Assembly (NCBI GenBank): GCA_038227875.1
Contig: JBBRPR010000019.1
Span: 32,001-96,000, forward strand
Source: Planctomycetota bacterium
Lineage (GTDB): Bacteria > Planctomycetota > SZUA-567 > H5-PLA8
Direction of reading: 5' to 3'
DNA length: 64,000 nucleotides
The notes beneath the pieces are model-generated. The model was given only the letters and a program-made list of their open reading frames with translations, made no database searches and had not been told where the DNA came from. A program made the position numbers and the translations under genes. Positions 48,901 to 57,592 of the stretch are shown here, piece after piece (position 1 is the first letter of the stretch; the number at the start of each line of letters is the position of its first letter).

Positions 48901-49044
48901 TCTGTGCCACGGATGCGCGAATTTCTGAGCGTAGCGAAGAAATTGGCTCATCCGTGCTTTACGTCTTCCCATTTCCGTGCGTAACGGCACGGATGAACGG
49001 ACATTTTCGCTCCGCTCAAATGTCCGCGCATCCGTGGCACCAGA
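48901..49044. repeat. Nested inverted-repeat element (second REP-like family, CACGGATG core)
   Basis: GTGCCACGGATGCGCG...TCATCCGTGC, then GCACGGATGA...CGCGCATCCGTGGCAC. Confidence 0.7.
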
Positions 49045-49070
49045 TTGGAAAGGGCGGTACACTTCCTCGC

Positions 49071-49943
49071 ATGAGCTCCGTGCTGTCGCGACTTTCGCCC
49101 TACGTTCGCATCGCGCACGATTTTACCACGCCTGCATTCAGCCTCAAACCGCGCTGGATCAACGATCACGCGCTGCTTTACTTCAAACACGGGACGGGCA
49201 CGTTCTATCATCGCGGCGAGCGCTATCCGATTACGCCCGGCACGCTGTTTTTCGTCGGGCCGAGCGTCGAACATGCGTTCGACGGCGCGGGGCAGCCCTT
49301 TCACATGCTCAATCTGCACGTCGATCTAATCGAACGCCCCGACAGCGCGACGATCGATTACAACCAGCGACCCGGCAGCCATTCACCACCGCCGAAGCGC
49401 GACACGTTCGAGCCGCTGGCCAAAGAACTGGCGCTGCCGGTCTGCATCCGCATCCGCAGGCAGGCGGTCTATGAGCGCCTCTTTTTTCGCGTGCACGGCC
49501 TATTTACGCTCGGCGACGTCGCCAGCCGCTTGCAGATCAAGGCGGCGGTGATCGATGTGTTCGCGTTTCTTTTCCGGGAGCGGCAGCAGAGCGAAGTCTC
49601 TCCGGCCTTGCGCGCGCAGTTGCCGGCGCTCGAGGATGCCGTCCGCTACCTGCAGGCGAATTTTCGCCGCCGCATCGGCCATGCGGAAGCGGCGGCGAAA
49701 GCGGGCTTGAGTAGTTCGTACTTCGCGCGCTGCTTCAAGGAATACTACGGCGTTTCGCCCATCCGTTTCCTGACGCAGTTGCGGATGGAGAAGGCGAAGA
49801 CCGAACTGACGCTGACGCAACACCCGATCAAGCTGATCGCCGCCGGCGTGGGCTACGGCAGCATCCATCACTTCACGCGCGCGTTCACGCAGCACGTAGG
49901 CGTTTCTCCTGCGGCGTACCGTGAGACGCACGGAGCTTCGTAG
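49071..49943 (+). CDS. AraC-family transcriptional regulator (cupin + HTH)
   Basis: Cupin-like N-terminus; LSSSYFARCFK...G.SP..FL...RMEKAK..L; IAAGVGY.S.HHF.RAF. The ORF-track extension to 47718 is a ychF antisense shadow. Confidence 0.92.
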   Translation: MSSVLSRLSPYVRIAHDFTTPAFSLKPRWINDHALLYFKHGTGTFYHRGERYPITPGTLFFVGPSVEHAFDGAGQPFHMLNLHVDLIERPDSATIDYNQRPGSHSPPPKRDTFEPLAKELALPVCIRIRRQAVYERLFFRVHGLFTLGDVASRLQIKAAVIDVFAFLFRERQQSEVSPALRAQLPALEDAVRYLQANFRRRIGHAEAAAKAGLSSSYFARCFKEYYGVSPIRFLTQLRMEKAKTELTLTQHPIKLIAAGVGYGSIHHFTRAFTQHVGVSPAAYRETHGAS

Positions 49944-50115
49944 TTCGGGCGTCTCGCCCGGTCTAACCAATGCATTAGCAAGCATTGCCTTTGTGCGATG
50001 GAATGTTTCTATACCGCAAGCAACGCGGCTTTGCTGTCGCAAGAGAGATCGAACTTCGGCGGTATCGCACATCTCACATAGGGATTGGTTAGACCGGGCG
50101 GGACGCCCGGTCTAC
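49940..50115. repeat. REPIN-like element: 32-bp inverted arms with GTAG feet
   Basis: GTAGTTCGGGCGTCTCGCCCGGTCTAACCAAT ... ATTGGTTAGACCGGGCGGGACGCCCGGTCTAC. Confidence 0.82.
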
Positions 50116-50223
50116 AAAAATAAGAATGTGCAAAAGATGAGGAACCCGCGTCAAAGACGATGCGCTCGCGCGCGTGTATGTTCTCAGCAGAGATAAAACT
50201 CATCCCTGCGGAGAACTGAAAAC

Positions 50224-51069
50224 ATGGACAGCCTGGAACAATACGAATTCGATCGGCTCGGCTACCTGATCATCAAGAACATGCTCAAGCCCGACGAAGT
50301 TCGAACGCTCAGCCGCACAGTTGATGCGTTGGAAGAGCACGCCGCTCAATGCGTTCATTTGCCGCCACGCAAGGCGTTTCCGTGGGGCAATGGCGATGCG
50401 CACCGCAATCCCGAGCGGGGTTACCACGTCCACGGCTCACAGGCGGAAGGCAGCACCATCGTGGTCGACGACTTCTGGAATTTCTCGCCCGAGTTTGATG
50501 TGCTGCTCAACCACGGCAAGACCATGAGTTACATCAAAACGATCGTGCAGTCGCGGCCGACGATCAACAATTCGGAAGTGCGCATCCGCTATCCGCAGAA
50601 CGCCACCGGCTGCCACATGGGCGGGCCGATCGATCACAAGTACCGCTACAGTTTCACGCAGGGCAAAATCGACTGCATGATGGTGCGGATGATCTATTTC
50701 CTTCACGACGTCAACCTCGATCAGGGTCCGTTCTCCGTTGTGCCGGCAACGCACAAAACCAATTTCAAGCCACCGTACGGCCACAACCCCGATCAGGAAC
50801 CGGGCATGATTGGATTGGAAGTGAAAGCGGGCGATGCGATTTTGTTTACCGAAAATCTGCGCCACGGCGGACTGACCAATCGCTCAAAGCAGACACGCAA
50901 GACGCTGCATGTCGGCTACGGACCGAATTGGATGATGTCTCAGAACATCGCGACAATGGACGAACCCAATTACATCACCGCCGAAACCCGAGCGCGGCTC
51001 ACGCCCGAACAACTGGCGCTGTTCGATGCGTGGCCCGCTCCGAAGGAAGAATTGGCGGCGGCGAAATAA
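50224..51069 (+). CDS. Phytanoyl-CoA dioxygenase (PhyH)-like Fe(II)/2-oxoglutarate enzyme
   Basis: FDRLGYLII..L, FL.DV...GPF.VVP.TH, KAGD.ILF...LRHGG..N...R. Confidence 0.85.
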   Translation: MDSLEQYEFDRLGYLIIKNMLKPDEVRTLSRTVDALEEHAAQCVHLPPRKAFPWGNGDAHRNPERGYHVHGSQAEGSTIVVDDFWNFSPEFDVLLNHGKTMSYIKTIVQSRPTINNSEVRIRYPQNATGCHMGGPIDHKYRYSFTQGKIDCMMVRMIYFLHDVNLDQGPFSVVPATHKTNFKPPYGHNPDQEPGMIGLEVKAGDAILFTENLRHGGLTNRSKQTRKTLHVGYGPNWMMSQNIATMDEPNYITAETRARLTPEQLALFDAWPAPKEELAAAK

Positions 51070-51073
51070 AAAA

Positions 51074-52870
51074 CTACAGCGCGTCGATACTGGTGAGCGG
51101 ATGCCAGCCCTCGTCGGTGGGACCCTCGATCGCAAACCAGACCTTCGGGTTGTCCTTCTCATCGACGATGCCGAGCGCCACTTTCACTTCGCCTTTCGTG
51201 AAGCCGCTAGGAAAGGCGATGTTCTCCTGGAAGAAATTCTGGCCCGGCATCCAGGTGCGAATGTCTTCCTTGAAGTGCACGACCTTCGCGCGCTTGCCCT
51301 GTTTAAAGCGGATCGCCAGCTTGTAGGGCCGATAGATCGGCGCGCAGCCGACGTTGTCGGTGAAGACTTTGAACTCCATCTTCGCGCCGGGCTTGGCTTC
51401 CAGCGGCAGGCGCATCTGCCGCAGCGTAAATCGGTAGCCGATCTTCTTGTCGAACTCGATGAGTTTCTTCAGGGCGCGTTCGGGGAAGAACGCGTTCTTC
51501 GGCATGAAGACTGACATGTGGTACTTGTAGCCTTCCTGGACGATGTAATCGAGATCGTGGTCGCTCAGCACCCACGTCGCGACGTTGCCGCACGTTTCCA
51601 TCGTCACCGGCGCGGTCTGCCACGCCTCTTTGACGCCGCAAAGCTCGATCTCCTGCGGATAGCTGTCAAAGGTGTGATTGAAGCAGAGATGGCGCGGCAC
51701 TTCGGGCACATCCTTGAAGCGCAAGTCGCCGAAGCAGTCCGCGCGCCAGCCAATCGGATGGCCGGTTTTCTTCGACCACTTCGCGGAGTGATGACAGCCG
51801 GGTCCACCGAGCATGGCCAGTAGCTGCGTTTTCTTGAACGACTTCAAGTAGACGTCAGTCAGCTTGTACGCCGTCTGCGCTGTGGAATTGCCGCCCGATT
51901 CGCCCCAGAATCCGGCATAGGCCATGTCGATGCTCTCGAGGTCCGGATGGCCGTCGTACTTCTTCGCAAAGGCGCGAATGAAATTTCCGAAATGCTTCAA
52001 GTAGAGCGGATCGTTGCTGTCGGGCTCGTGCTTCGCGTATGGTCCGCGGTCGATCCACGCGGCGCCGGTGTCCCAGTACCAATCCGGGAGATTGACTGTC
52101 CAGCCGGGCGGATGGCGCTTGGCCTTCAGCGGTTCCTTGTCAGTGTCCACGCGCGACGTATACGGCTGAAAGCGGAGCTGCGCAGTCTGGCCGCGATCGT
52201 GAGCGGTCTTCAAGGCCGCGTCGACCAGCTTCCAATTGTACTTTCCCTTTTCCGGCTCCAGCCACTTCCACGGCCAGCGGCAATAGGTCAGCGTGGTGCG
52301 CGGGATGTACTTCACGTTGTCGGGGACTGTTTTTCCGCTCGGGAATTCGAGCGGGCCATGCGTGTCAGACGTAGCCCACGACGGGTATGTGTCTTCGCCC
52401 TGAAAACGCTGGAACGTGGTCGTGCCGCGGTGCGGGTTGTGGATGTAGTCGAAGTGTTCCTTGGGGCGCACGCGCTGGATGACTTCATCGGGTCCAAATG
52501 CGTCGCGCCAATATACGATCGGCTTGCGCTTCACGGCCTTGCGGTTGGTGTTGGCGTGAATTTCGCGAAGCAGCGCCGGAACCTGTTCCAGGCCCATGTG
52601 ACGCGAGAATACTTTTTTCCACGCGGCGGGCGTGTTGGTTTTCGGCGCGTGATTGGTGAAGGCGGGAAGTTCGCGCAACACTTCCATGACGGACTCAGCG
52701 TGCTTGTTCTTCGACGAAAGCGACTGCTCCCAGTGCTTGCGGCTCTTCAGTTCCGGCGGAAGGTCCTGGATGACATCGGGAAGCGCGTTGACCACATCCA
52801 TGATGCGGTCGATGACCTGGCGGTCGGACAGTTTACGGTGCGAGGTTACGGGCGTGTGTGATCCTGCCAT
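51074..52870 (-). CDS. DUF4832-like glycoside-hydrolase-related protein with ~120-aa N-terminal extension
   Basis: NPHRG, W..LEPEKGKYNW, G.WGE, GWRADC.G, IGYRF, NVG.AP.Y. Confidence 0.7.
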   Translation of the reverse strand: MAGSHTPVTSHRKLSDRQVIDRIMDVVNALPDVIQDLPPELKSRKHWEQSLSSKNKHAESVMEVLRELPAFTNHAPKTNTPAAWKKVFSRHMGLEQVPALLREIHANTNRKAVKRKPIVYWRDAFGPDEVIQRVRPKEHFDYIHNPHRGTTTFQRFQGEDTYPSWATSDTHGPLEFPSGKTVPDNVKYIPRTTLTYCRWPWKWLEPEKGKYNWKLVDAALKTAHDRGQTAQLRFQPYTSRVDTDKEPLKAKRHPPGWTVNLPDWYWDTGAAWIDRGPYAKHEPDSNDPLYLKHFGNFIRAFAKKYDGHPDLESIDMAYAGFWGESGGNSTAQTAYKLTDVYLKSFKKTQLLAMLGGPGCHHSAKWSKKTGHPIGWRADCFGDLRFKDVPEVPRHLCFNHTFDSYPQEIELCGVKEAWQTAPVTMETCGNVATWVLSDHDLDYIVQEGYKYHMSVFMPKNAFFPERALKKLIEFDKKIGYRFTLRQMRLPLEAKPGAKMEFKVFTDNVGCAPIYRPYKLAIRFKQGKRAKVVHFKEDIRTWMPGQNFFQENIAFPSGFTKGEVKVALGIVDEKDNPKVWFAIEGPTDEGWHPLTSIDAL

Positions 52871-52990
52871 TACGAGTGGCTCCTTTTCGATGCGGAAATG
52901 GATGAACTCTTATAGCATACACCGCAGTTGGCGTTGTGTGCGAATGTACACCCTTGAATGAAACTCGCGTCGTGACTACACTCCGGTATT

Positions 52991-55900
52991 GTGGCTGAAT
53001 TGAATCCATCGTCTGATCCCATCCGTAATTCCGTGCCGCCTCCGCGTCCGGCTGATGAGCGGCCGTTGTCCCCGCTGGCGCTGGCGGTCTGCGTCGCAGT
53101 AATTTGTGCGGCGGGCATTGCGGCGTACAGCAATTCGTTCTCGTGTCCGTTCATTTTCGACGACACGAGCGCGATCATGACCAATCGGGACATCGTGAAT
53201 CTGTGGCCACTGAGCCGCTCGATGTTCGGCTCCGACCAGACCAGCATCGCCGGCCGTCCGCTCGTGGCGTTTTCGCTGGCGATCAACTTTACACTCAGCG
53301 GATTGAAAGTGTGGAGCTACCACGCGCTCAATCTTCTGATTCACATTATCGGCGCGCTGGCGTTGTTCGGAATTCTGCGCCGCACGCTGCTGCGACCGAA
53401 ATTCAAAGAGAACTTCGGCGCACACGCGGTGCCGCTGGCGCTGGTCTGCGCCCTGATCTGGCTTGTCCATCCGCTGCAGACGGAGTCGGTGACGTACGTG
53501 GTCCAGCGCTGCGAATCGTTGATGGGCATGTTCTTCCTGCTGACGCTCTATTTCGCGATTCGCGGCTGGGACGCCCCGCGCAACCGTTTGTTGTGGCACG
53601 CGCTGGCCGTGGTCGCGTGCGCGTGCGGCATGGGTTCGAAGGAAGTGATGGTTGGCGCTCCGCTGCTGGTGCTGTTGTACGACGCACTCTTCAATGCGCC
53701 ACCGCAGCGGGGTCTGCGTTTCCAGCCGGCATTTTACGTCCCGCTGTTCGCCACGTGGATTGTGCTGGGCCTGCTGCTTGCAGCCGGCGGCCAGATCGGC
53801 GCGTCGAATCTTCATATCAATCCCATTTCGCCGATGGAATACCTGCGCTCGCAAGGCGGCGTGATCTGTCGCTACCTGCAGCTGACATTCTATCCGGGAA
53901 CACTGTGTCTCTATTACGCGTGGCCGGTCGCCACGCGGGTCATCGACATTGTGCCGCCGTGCCTGTTCATCGCGGCGCTGGTATGCGTAACGGGCTGGGG
54001 TCTGTGGCGCGGCCGCGCGTGGGCGTATTGCGGCGCGTGGTTTTTTCTGATTCTCGCGCCGACGTCGAGCTTCCTCTCGATTCCCGACATCGCCTTCGAA
54101 CACCGCATGTACCTGCCGCTGGCGGGCGTGATCGTGCTGGTGGTCTTGTGCGTGTACCGCGCCGGGCTGCGCATCACTTCCTCTCCGGCGCTTCAAGTCG
54201 CGCTGGCCGTGGTTGTCGTCGCGGCGCTGGGCGCGCGCACCTACGCGCGCAATTACGACTACCGCTCGGTTGAATCGATCTGGCGCAGCGTCCTGGCCTT
54301 CCGTCCGGACAATCCCGGCGCGCGCAACAATCTCGGCGACGCGCTCTTCAACGCAGGCAAGATCGAAGAAGCGAAGGTCGAGTTCGAAGCGACGTTGAAA
54401 ATGCAGCCGAACAACATCGAAGCCATCGACAACATGGGCAACATTCTCAACAAGGAAGGCCTCAACGACGAGGCGATTCAGTACTACCACCGCGCGATCG
54501 AACTGCGACCGGACTACGCGCTGGCTTACAACAACCTCGGCGTGGTCCTGCTCTCCATCAACCGCGACACGGAAGCGATGGAAGCGTTCAAGAAAATTCT
54601 GGAGCTCGAACCCGAGAATCCGACAGCGCACGTCAACTACGGCAGCGTATTGGACAAGATGGGCCATCACACCGAGGCCCTCGCGCAATACAACGAAGCA
54701 ATCCGCTTGTCGCCGGATAATCCCGAAGCCTACGCCAATCTCGGCCAGTCCATGGCAAACCAGGGAAAATTCGAAGAGGCGATTGCCTACTATCAGAAGG
54801 CCCTCGATCTCGAACCCACCATGGCCCTGTCATACCTGAACATGGCCATCGCCAAACTGCGTGTTGGAAAGAAGGACGAAGCGTTGAAGTGCGTCGAGAC
54901 CACGCTGCAACTGCAAAGTTACTACCCGGAAGCGTACCTGACCAAGGGCGCAGTGCTGAATGAAATGGGGAAATTCGACGACTCCATCGCGGCCTACAAG
55001 AAGGCTCTGGAGCAAAGCCCTCGCATGCTGCAAGCCGCGGCCACCGCCAGCGATCTGCTCGACGGCGCCGGCCGCACCGACGAAGCGATCGCGATCTGGA
55101 ATGGCATTCTGGAGAAAACGCCCGACGACGGCTTCTCGCAGTTCCGCGTCGCGCTGCTCTACGCCCGTCAGAAGAAATCCAAAGAAGCGCTGGAACACTT
55201 GACGCTGGCCGCGAAGTTCTCGGCCACTCCGGACGCGCACTACGCGCTGGCGGAAGCGTTGCGCCAATCCGGGCGCACCGACGAAGCGCTGTTGGAAATC
55301 CGCGAAGCCTTGCGACTCGCGCCCGAGAACCGGGAGGCCATGAACAATCTCGGCCGCGCCCTGCTTGATGCCGGCCGGCCGGACGAAGCCGTCACACAGC
55401 TCAAAACCACGGTGGAGAAGTTCCCGACGTTTGCGCCGGCGCTATTGAATCTGGGCTGGGCGTATTTGACAAAGCGAGAATTGACGCTGGCGATTGAAAA
55501 TTTCGAGCTGGCCATCAAGCTCGATCCCAAGCTGCCCGATGTCCGGAACTTCCTGCGGCGCGCGTACATTGACCGCGGCGACGAACTGGAGAAGGCAAAA
55601 AAAGGCGACGAAGCCCTGCAGCTTTGGACACGCGCGTCCGCGTCTTCGCTCGACGATCCTTACTTCGAACACCGCGCCGGCCGGCTGCTGCTCAACATGG
55701 GGCGTATAAATGAAGCTGTGACGCACTTCGAAGCGGAACTTAAATCCGGAAACGCAGACCCCGTGGCCGAAGAAGACCTCGGCTACGCGCTGGGACGTGC
55801 CGGGCGCAAGGACGAGGCGCTCAAGCATCTGAAGGAAGCATTGACGCTGCAGAAGGAAAATGTAACGGGTCTCAACAATATTGCGAGGGCCATGGCCGAC

Positions 55901-56530
55901 CTTGGGATGACGGCCGAAGCCATCGACGTATTCAAGGACGTGATCAAGCAGAATCCCGCTTACACCGACGCCTACAACAACATGGCCGTGGCCTACAGCA
56001 CGCTGGGCAAGCACGAGGAAGCGCTGGCCACGTTCAAGGAAGTCCTGCGGCTCCGGCCTGTCTCGGTCGATGCCGAGCGCAACCTGGCCATCTGCTACGG
56101 ACGATTGCAGAACCTCCCGGCTGCCATAGAGCATTTCAACCGGGCGATCGCACTGGACCCGAAGAACGCTGACGCACGCGAAGGATTGGCGCGGCTGTAT
56201 GCCAAGAATGCGAAGCTCCCCGAGGCAATCGCGCAGTTTCAGGAACTCATCCGCGCTGATCCGGCCTCGCCGCGGGGTTACGTCGGACTGGGAACGCTAC
56301 TGGCTGACAGCGGCAAGCCCGACGAAGCCGCCGCCGCGTTCAAAGATGCGCTGAAAGCCGACCCCACCGACGGACCCGCGCACAACAGCTTCGGCGCACT
56401 CCTCGCCTCGCGCGGCGCCTTTGACGAGGCCGCGTGGCACTTCGACGCCGCTCTGAAAAAGAACCCCAATGACGCCCTGGCGCGGGAGAATATGAGCAAG
56501 GTTCTGCGACACCTGAAGCCCCGGCCGTGA
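52991..56530 (+). CDS. TMTC-like membrane glycosyltransferase (GT-C) with a long TPR array
   Basis: F.FDD..AI..N, RP....S.A.N, HPLQTESV.Y..QR, SKE, EHRMYLP; many TPR repeats (AYNNLG, AHVNYG). Confidence 0.82.
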   Translation: MAELNPSSDPIRNSVPPPRPADERPLSPLALAVCVAVICAAGIAAYSNSFSCPFIFDDTSAIMTNRDIVNLWPLSRSMFGSDQTSIAGRPLVAFSLAINFTLSGLKVWSYHALNLLIHIIGALALFGILRRTLLRPKFKENFGAHAVPLALVCALIWLVHPLQTESVTYVVQRCESLMGMFFLLTLYFAIRGWDAPRNRLLWHALAVVACACGMGSKEVMVGAPLLVLLYDALFNAPPQRGLRFQPAFYVPLFATWIVLGLLLAAGGQIGASNLHINPISPMEYLRSQGGVICRYLQLTFYPGTLCLYYAWPVATRVIDIVPPCLFIAALVCVTGWGLWRGRAWAYCGAWFFLILAPTSSFLSIPDIAFEHRMYLPLAGVIVLVVLCVYRAGLRITSSPALQVALAVVVVAALGARTYARNYDYRSVESIWRSVLAFRPDNPGARNNLGDALFNAGKIEEAKVEFEATLKMQPNNIEAIDNMGNILNKEGLNDEAIQYYHRAIELRPDYALAYNNLGVVLLSINRDTEAMEAFKKILELEPENPTAHVNYGSVLDKMGHHTEALAQYNEAIRLSPDNPEAYANLGQSMANQGKFEEAIAYYQKALDLEPTMALSYLNMAIAKLRVGKKDEALKCVETTLQLQSYYPEAYLTKGAVLNEMGKFDDSIAAYKKALEQSPRMLQAAATASDLLDGAGRTDEAIAIWNGILEKTPDDGFSQFRVALLYARQKKSKEALEHLTLAAKFSATPDAHYALAEALRQSGRTDEALLEIREALRLAPENREAMNNLGRALLDAGRPDEAVTQLKTTVEKFPTFAPALLNLGWAYLTKRELTLAIENFELAIKLDPKLPDVRNFLRRAYIDRGDELEKAKKGDEALQLWTRASASSLDDPYFEHRAGRLLLNMGRINEAVTHFEAELKSGNADPVAEEDLGYALGRAGRKDEALKHLKEALTLQKENVTGLNNIARAMADLGMTAEAIDVFKDVIKQNPAYTDAYNNMAVAYSTLGKHEEALATFKEVLRLRPVSVDAERNLAICYGRLQNLPAAIEHFNRAIALDPKNADAREGLARLYAKNAKLPEAIAQFQELIRADPASPRGYVGLGTLLADSGKPDEAAAAFKDALKADPTDGPAHNSFGALLASRGAFDEAAWHFDAALKKNPNDALARENMSKVLRHLKPRP

Positions 56531-56579
56531 GCGATAGTTTTAAACTGGGCCCGCTCTGCATTCCTCGTCAAACGACATG

Positions 56580-56606
56580 AAACGCCCCGCTTGCGCGGGG
56601 CGTTTT
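56580..56606. terminator. Probable bidirectional terminator between convergent genes
   Basis: AAACGCCCCGC-TTGC-GCGGGGCGTTTT. Confidence 0.75.
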
Positions 56607-56639
56607 CAGTTCATTCGACATTCACCACTCGACATTCCA

Positions 56640-57350
56640 TTAGTCGTCGCGGTCGTGCTTCTTCTTTTTCTTGAACAGGTCGATGTCAATGTCAATGGCC
56701 GGGCGGCGGTCGCGCTCGACAACCGTGGTCGGCGGCGTGACGATCGTGCGTTCTTCGAAGTGGCCGGGGATCACGACATTTTTGGTCACGTCTTCAAAGC
56801 GCGGCGGGACGCTGTATTCCTTGGTGACGGTTTCGTACTGAGCGGGGACCGTGAATTCCTTGCGCACCACTTCGAAGCGGGGCGGCGTCTGGACTTCGCG
56901 TTCGACGATCTTGTACTCCGCCGGGAATTCCACATTGCGCCAGTGGCCTTCTTCAACGACGCCCTTGATTCGCACTGGACCAATCTTCGCTTCACCGGTT
57001 ACTTCAGCCGGAACCCACTGCCGTTCCACGCGCGCGGGGGCGACCAGAACCTTCTCTTGAATGCGTTCGATGCGGCCGGGGCTGACCATCACGCGCTCTT
57101 CGCGGGTCTCGACGCGCGCCGGCGAAACGAGAACCTGCTCCGAACGCCGTTCGACGCGCGCGGGTGAAACCAGGACATGCTCGGTCTTCGAGATCACCGA
57201 CTCGGGAATCCAGACGCGTTCGGTCACGGCCTGACCGGGAATTTGAACCACGCGCGGGGGCGTGCGGCCGGCGTTGATGTCAATGTCGACGTCGACGGCC
57301 ACAGCACTAACCACCGGCAACACCAACAATAAAGGAAACAGAAAACGCAT
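56640..57350 (-). CDS. Secreted Val/Pro/Glu/Arg-rich repeat protein
   Basis: Signal peptide; 14-aa VLVSPARVE repeats, then 13-aa VP..YE.V repeats; SD GGAGA. Confidence 0.75.
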   Translation of the reverse strand: MRFLFPLLLVLPVVSAVAVDVDIDINAGRTPPRVVQIPGQAVTERVWIPESVISKTEHVLVSPARVERRSEQVLVSPARVETREERVMVSPGRIERIQEKVLVAPARVERQWVPAEVTGEAKIGPVRIKGVVEEGHWRNVEFPAEYKIVEREVQTPPRFEVVRKEFTVPAQYETVTKEYSVPPRFEDVTKNVVIPGHFEERTIVTPPTTVVERDRRPAIDIDIDLFKKKKKHDRDD

Positions 57351-57592
57351 CGGTTTGGATCTCCAGGGAACTTAAGCTGAATGACGGCTCTTGTCCGCGC
57401 AGCCTTCAGACATTTCGGGCCGCAGGCGCACAGTACTTTCGGCAGTCTGCGGACAGAGTGCCAGAATAGTGATCGGTATTTCTAAGCGGAAAATGAAGGA
57501 TTCAATCTCTTTCTTACAAAAAAGTGTCACAAATTAGAGAAATATGCGTGCGTCATCTGGTGCAGCGCAATATCCGATGCATGCACGTTAAT

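Noticed and set aside
47718..49070. Apparent 741-aa AraC protein with a long N-terminal extension
   Set aside because: The extension is the antisense of ychF plus repeat DNA; the AraC-like sequence begins at 49071.
11853..54688. Long alternative ORFs over rne, the cyclase, gltBD, HEAT B and the TMTC-like gene (e.g. 14298-16016, 36532-38232, 52976-54688)
   Set aside because: Expected antisense open frames in high-GC coding DNA; no motifs or independent signals.
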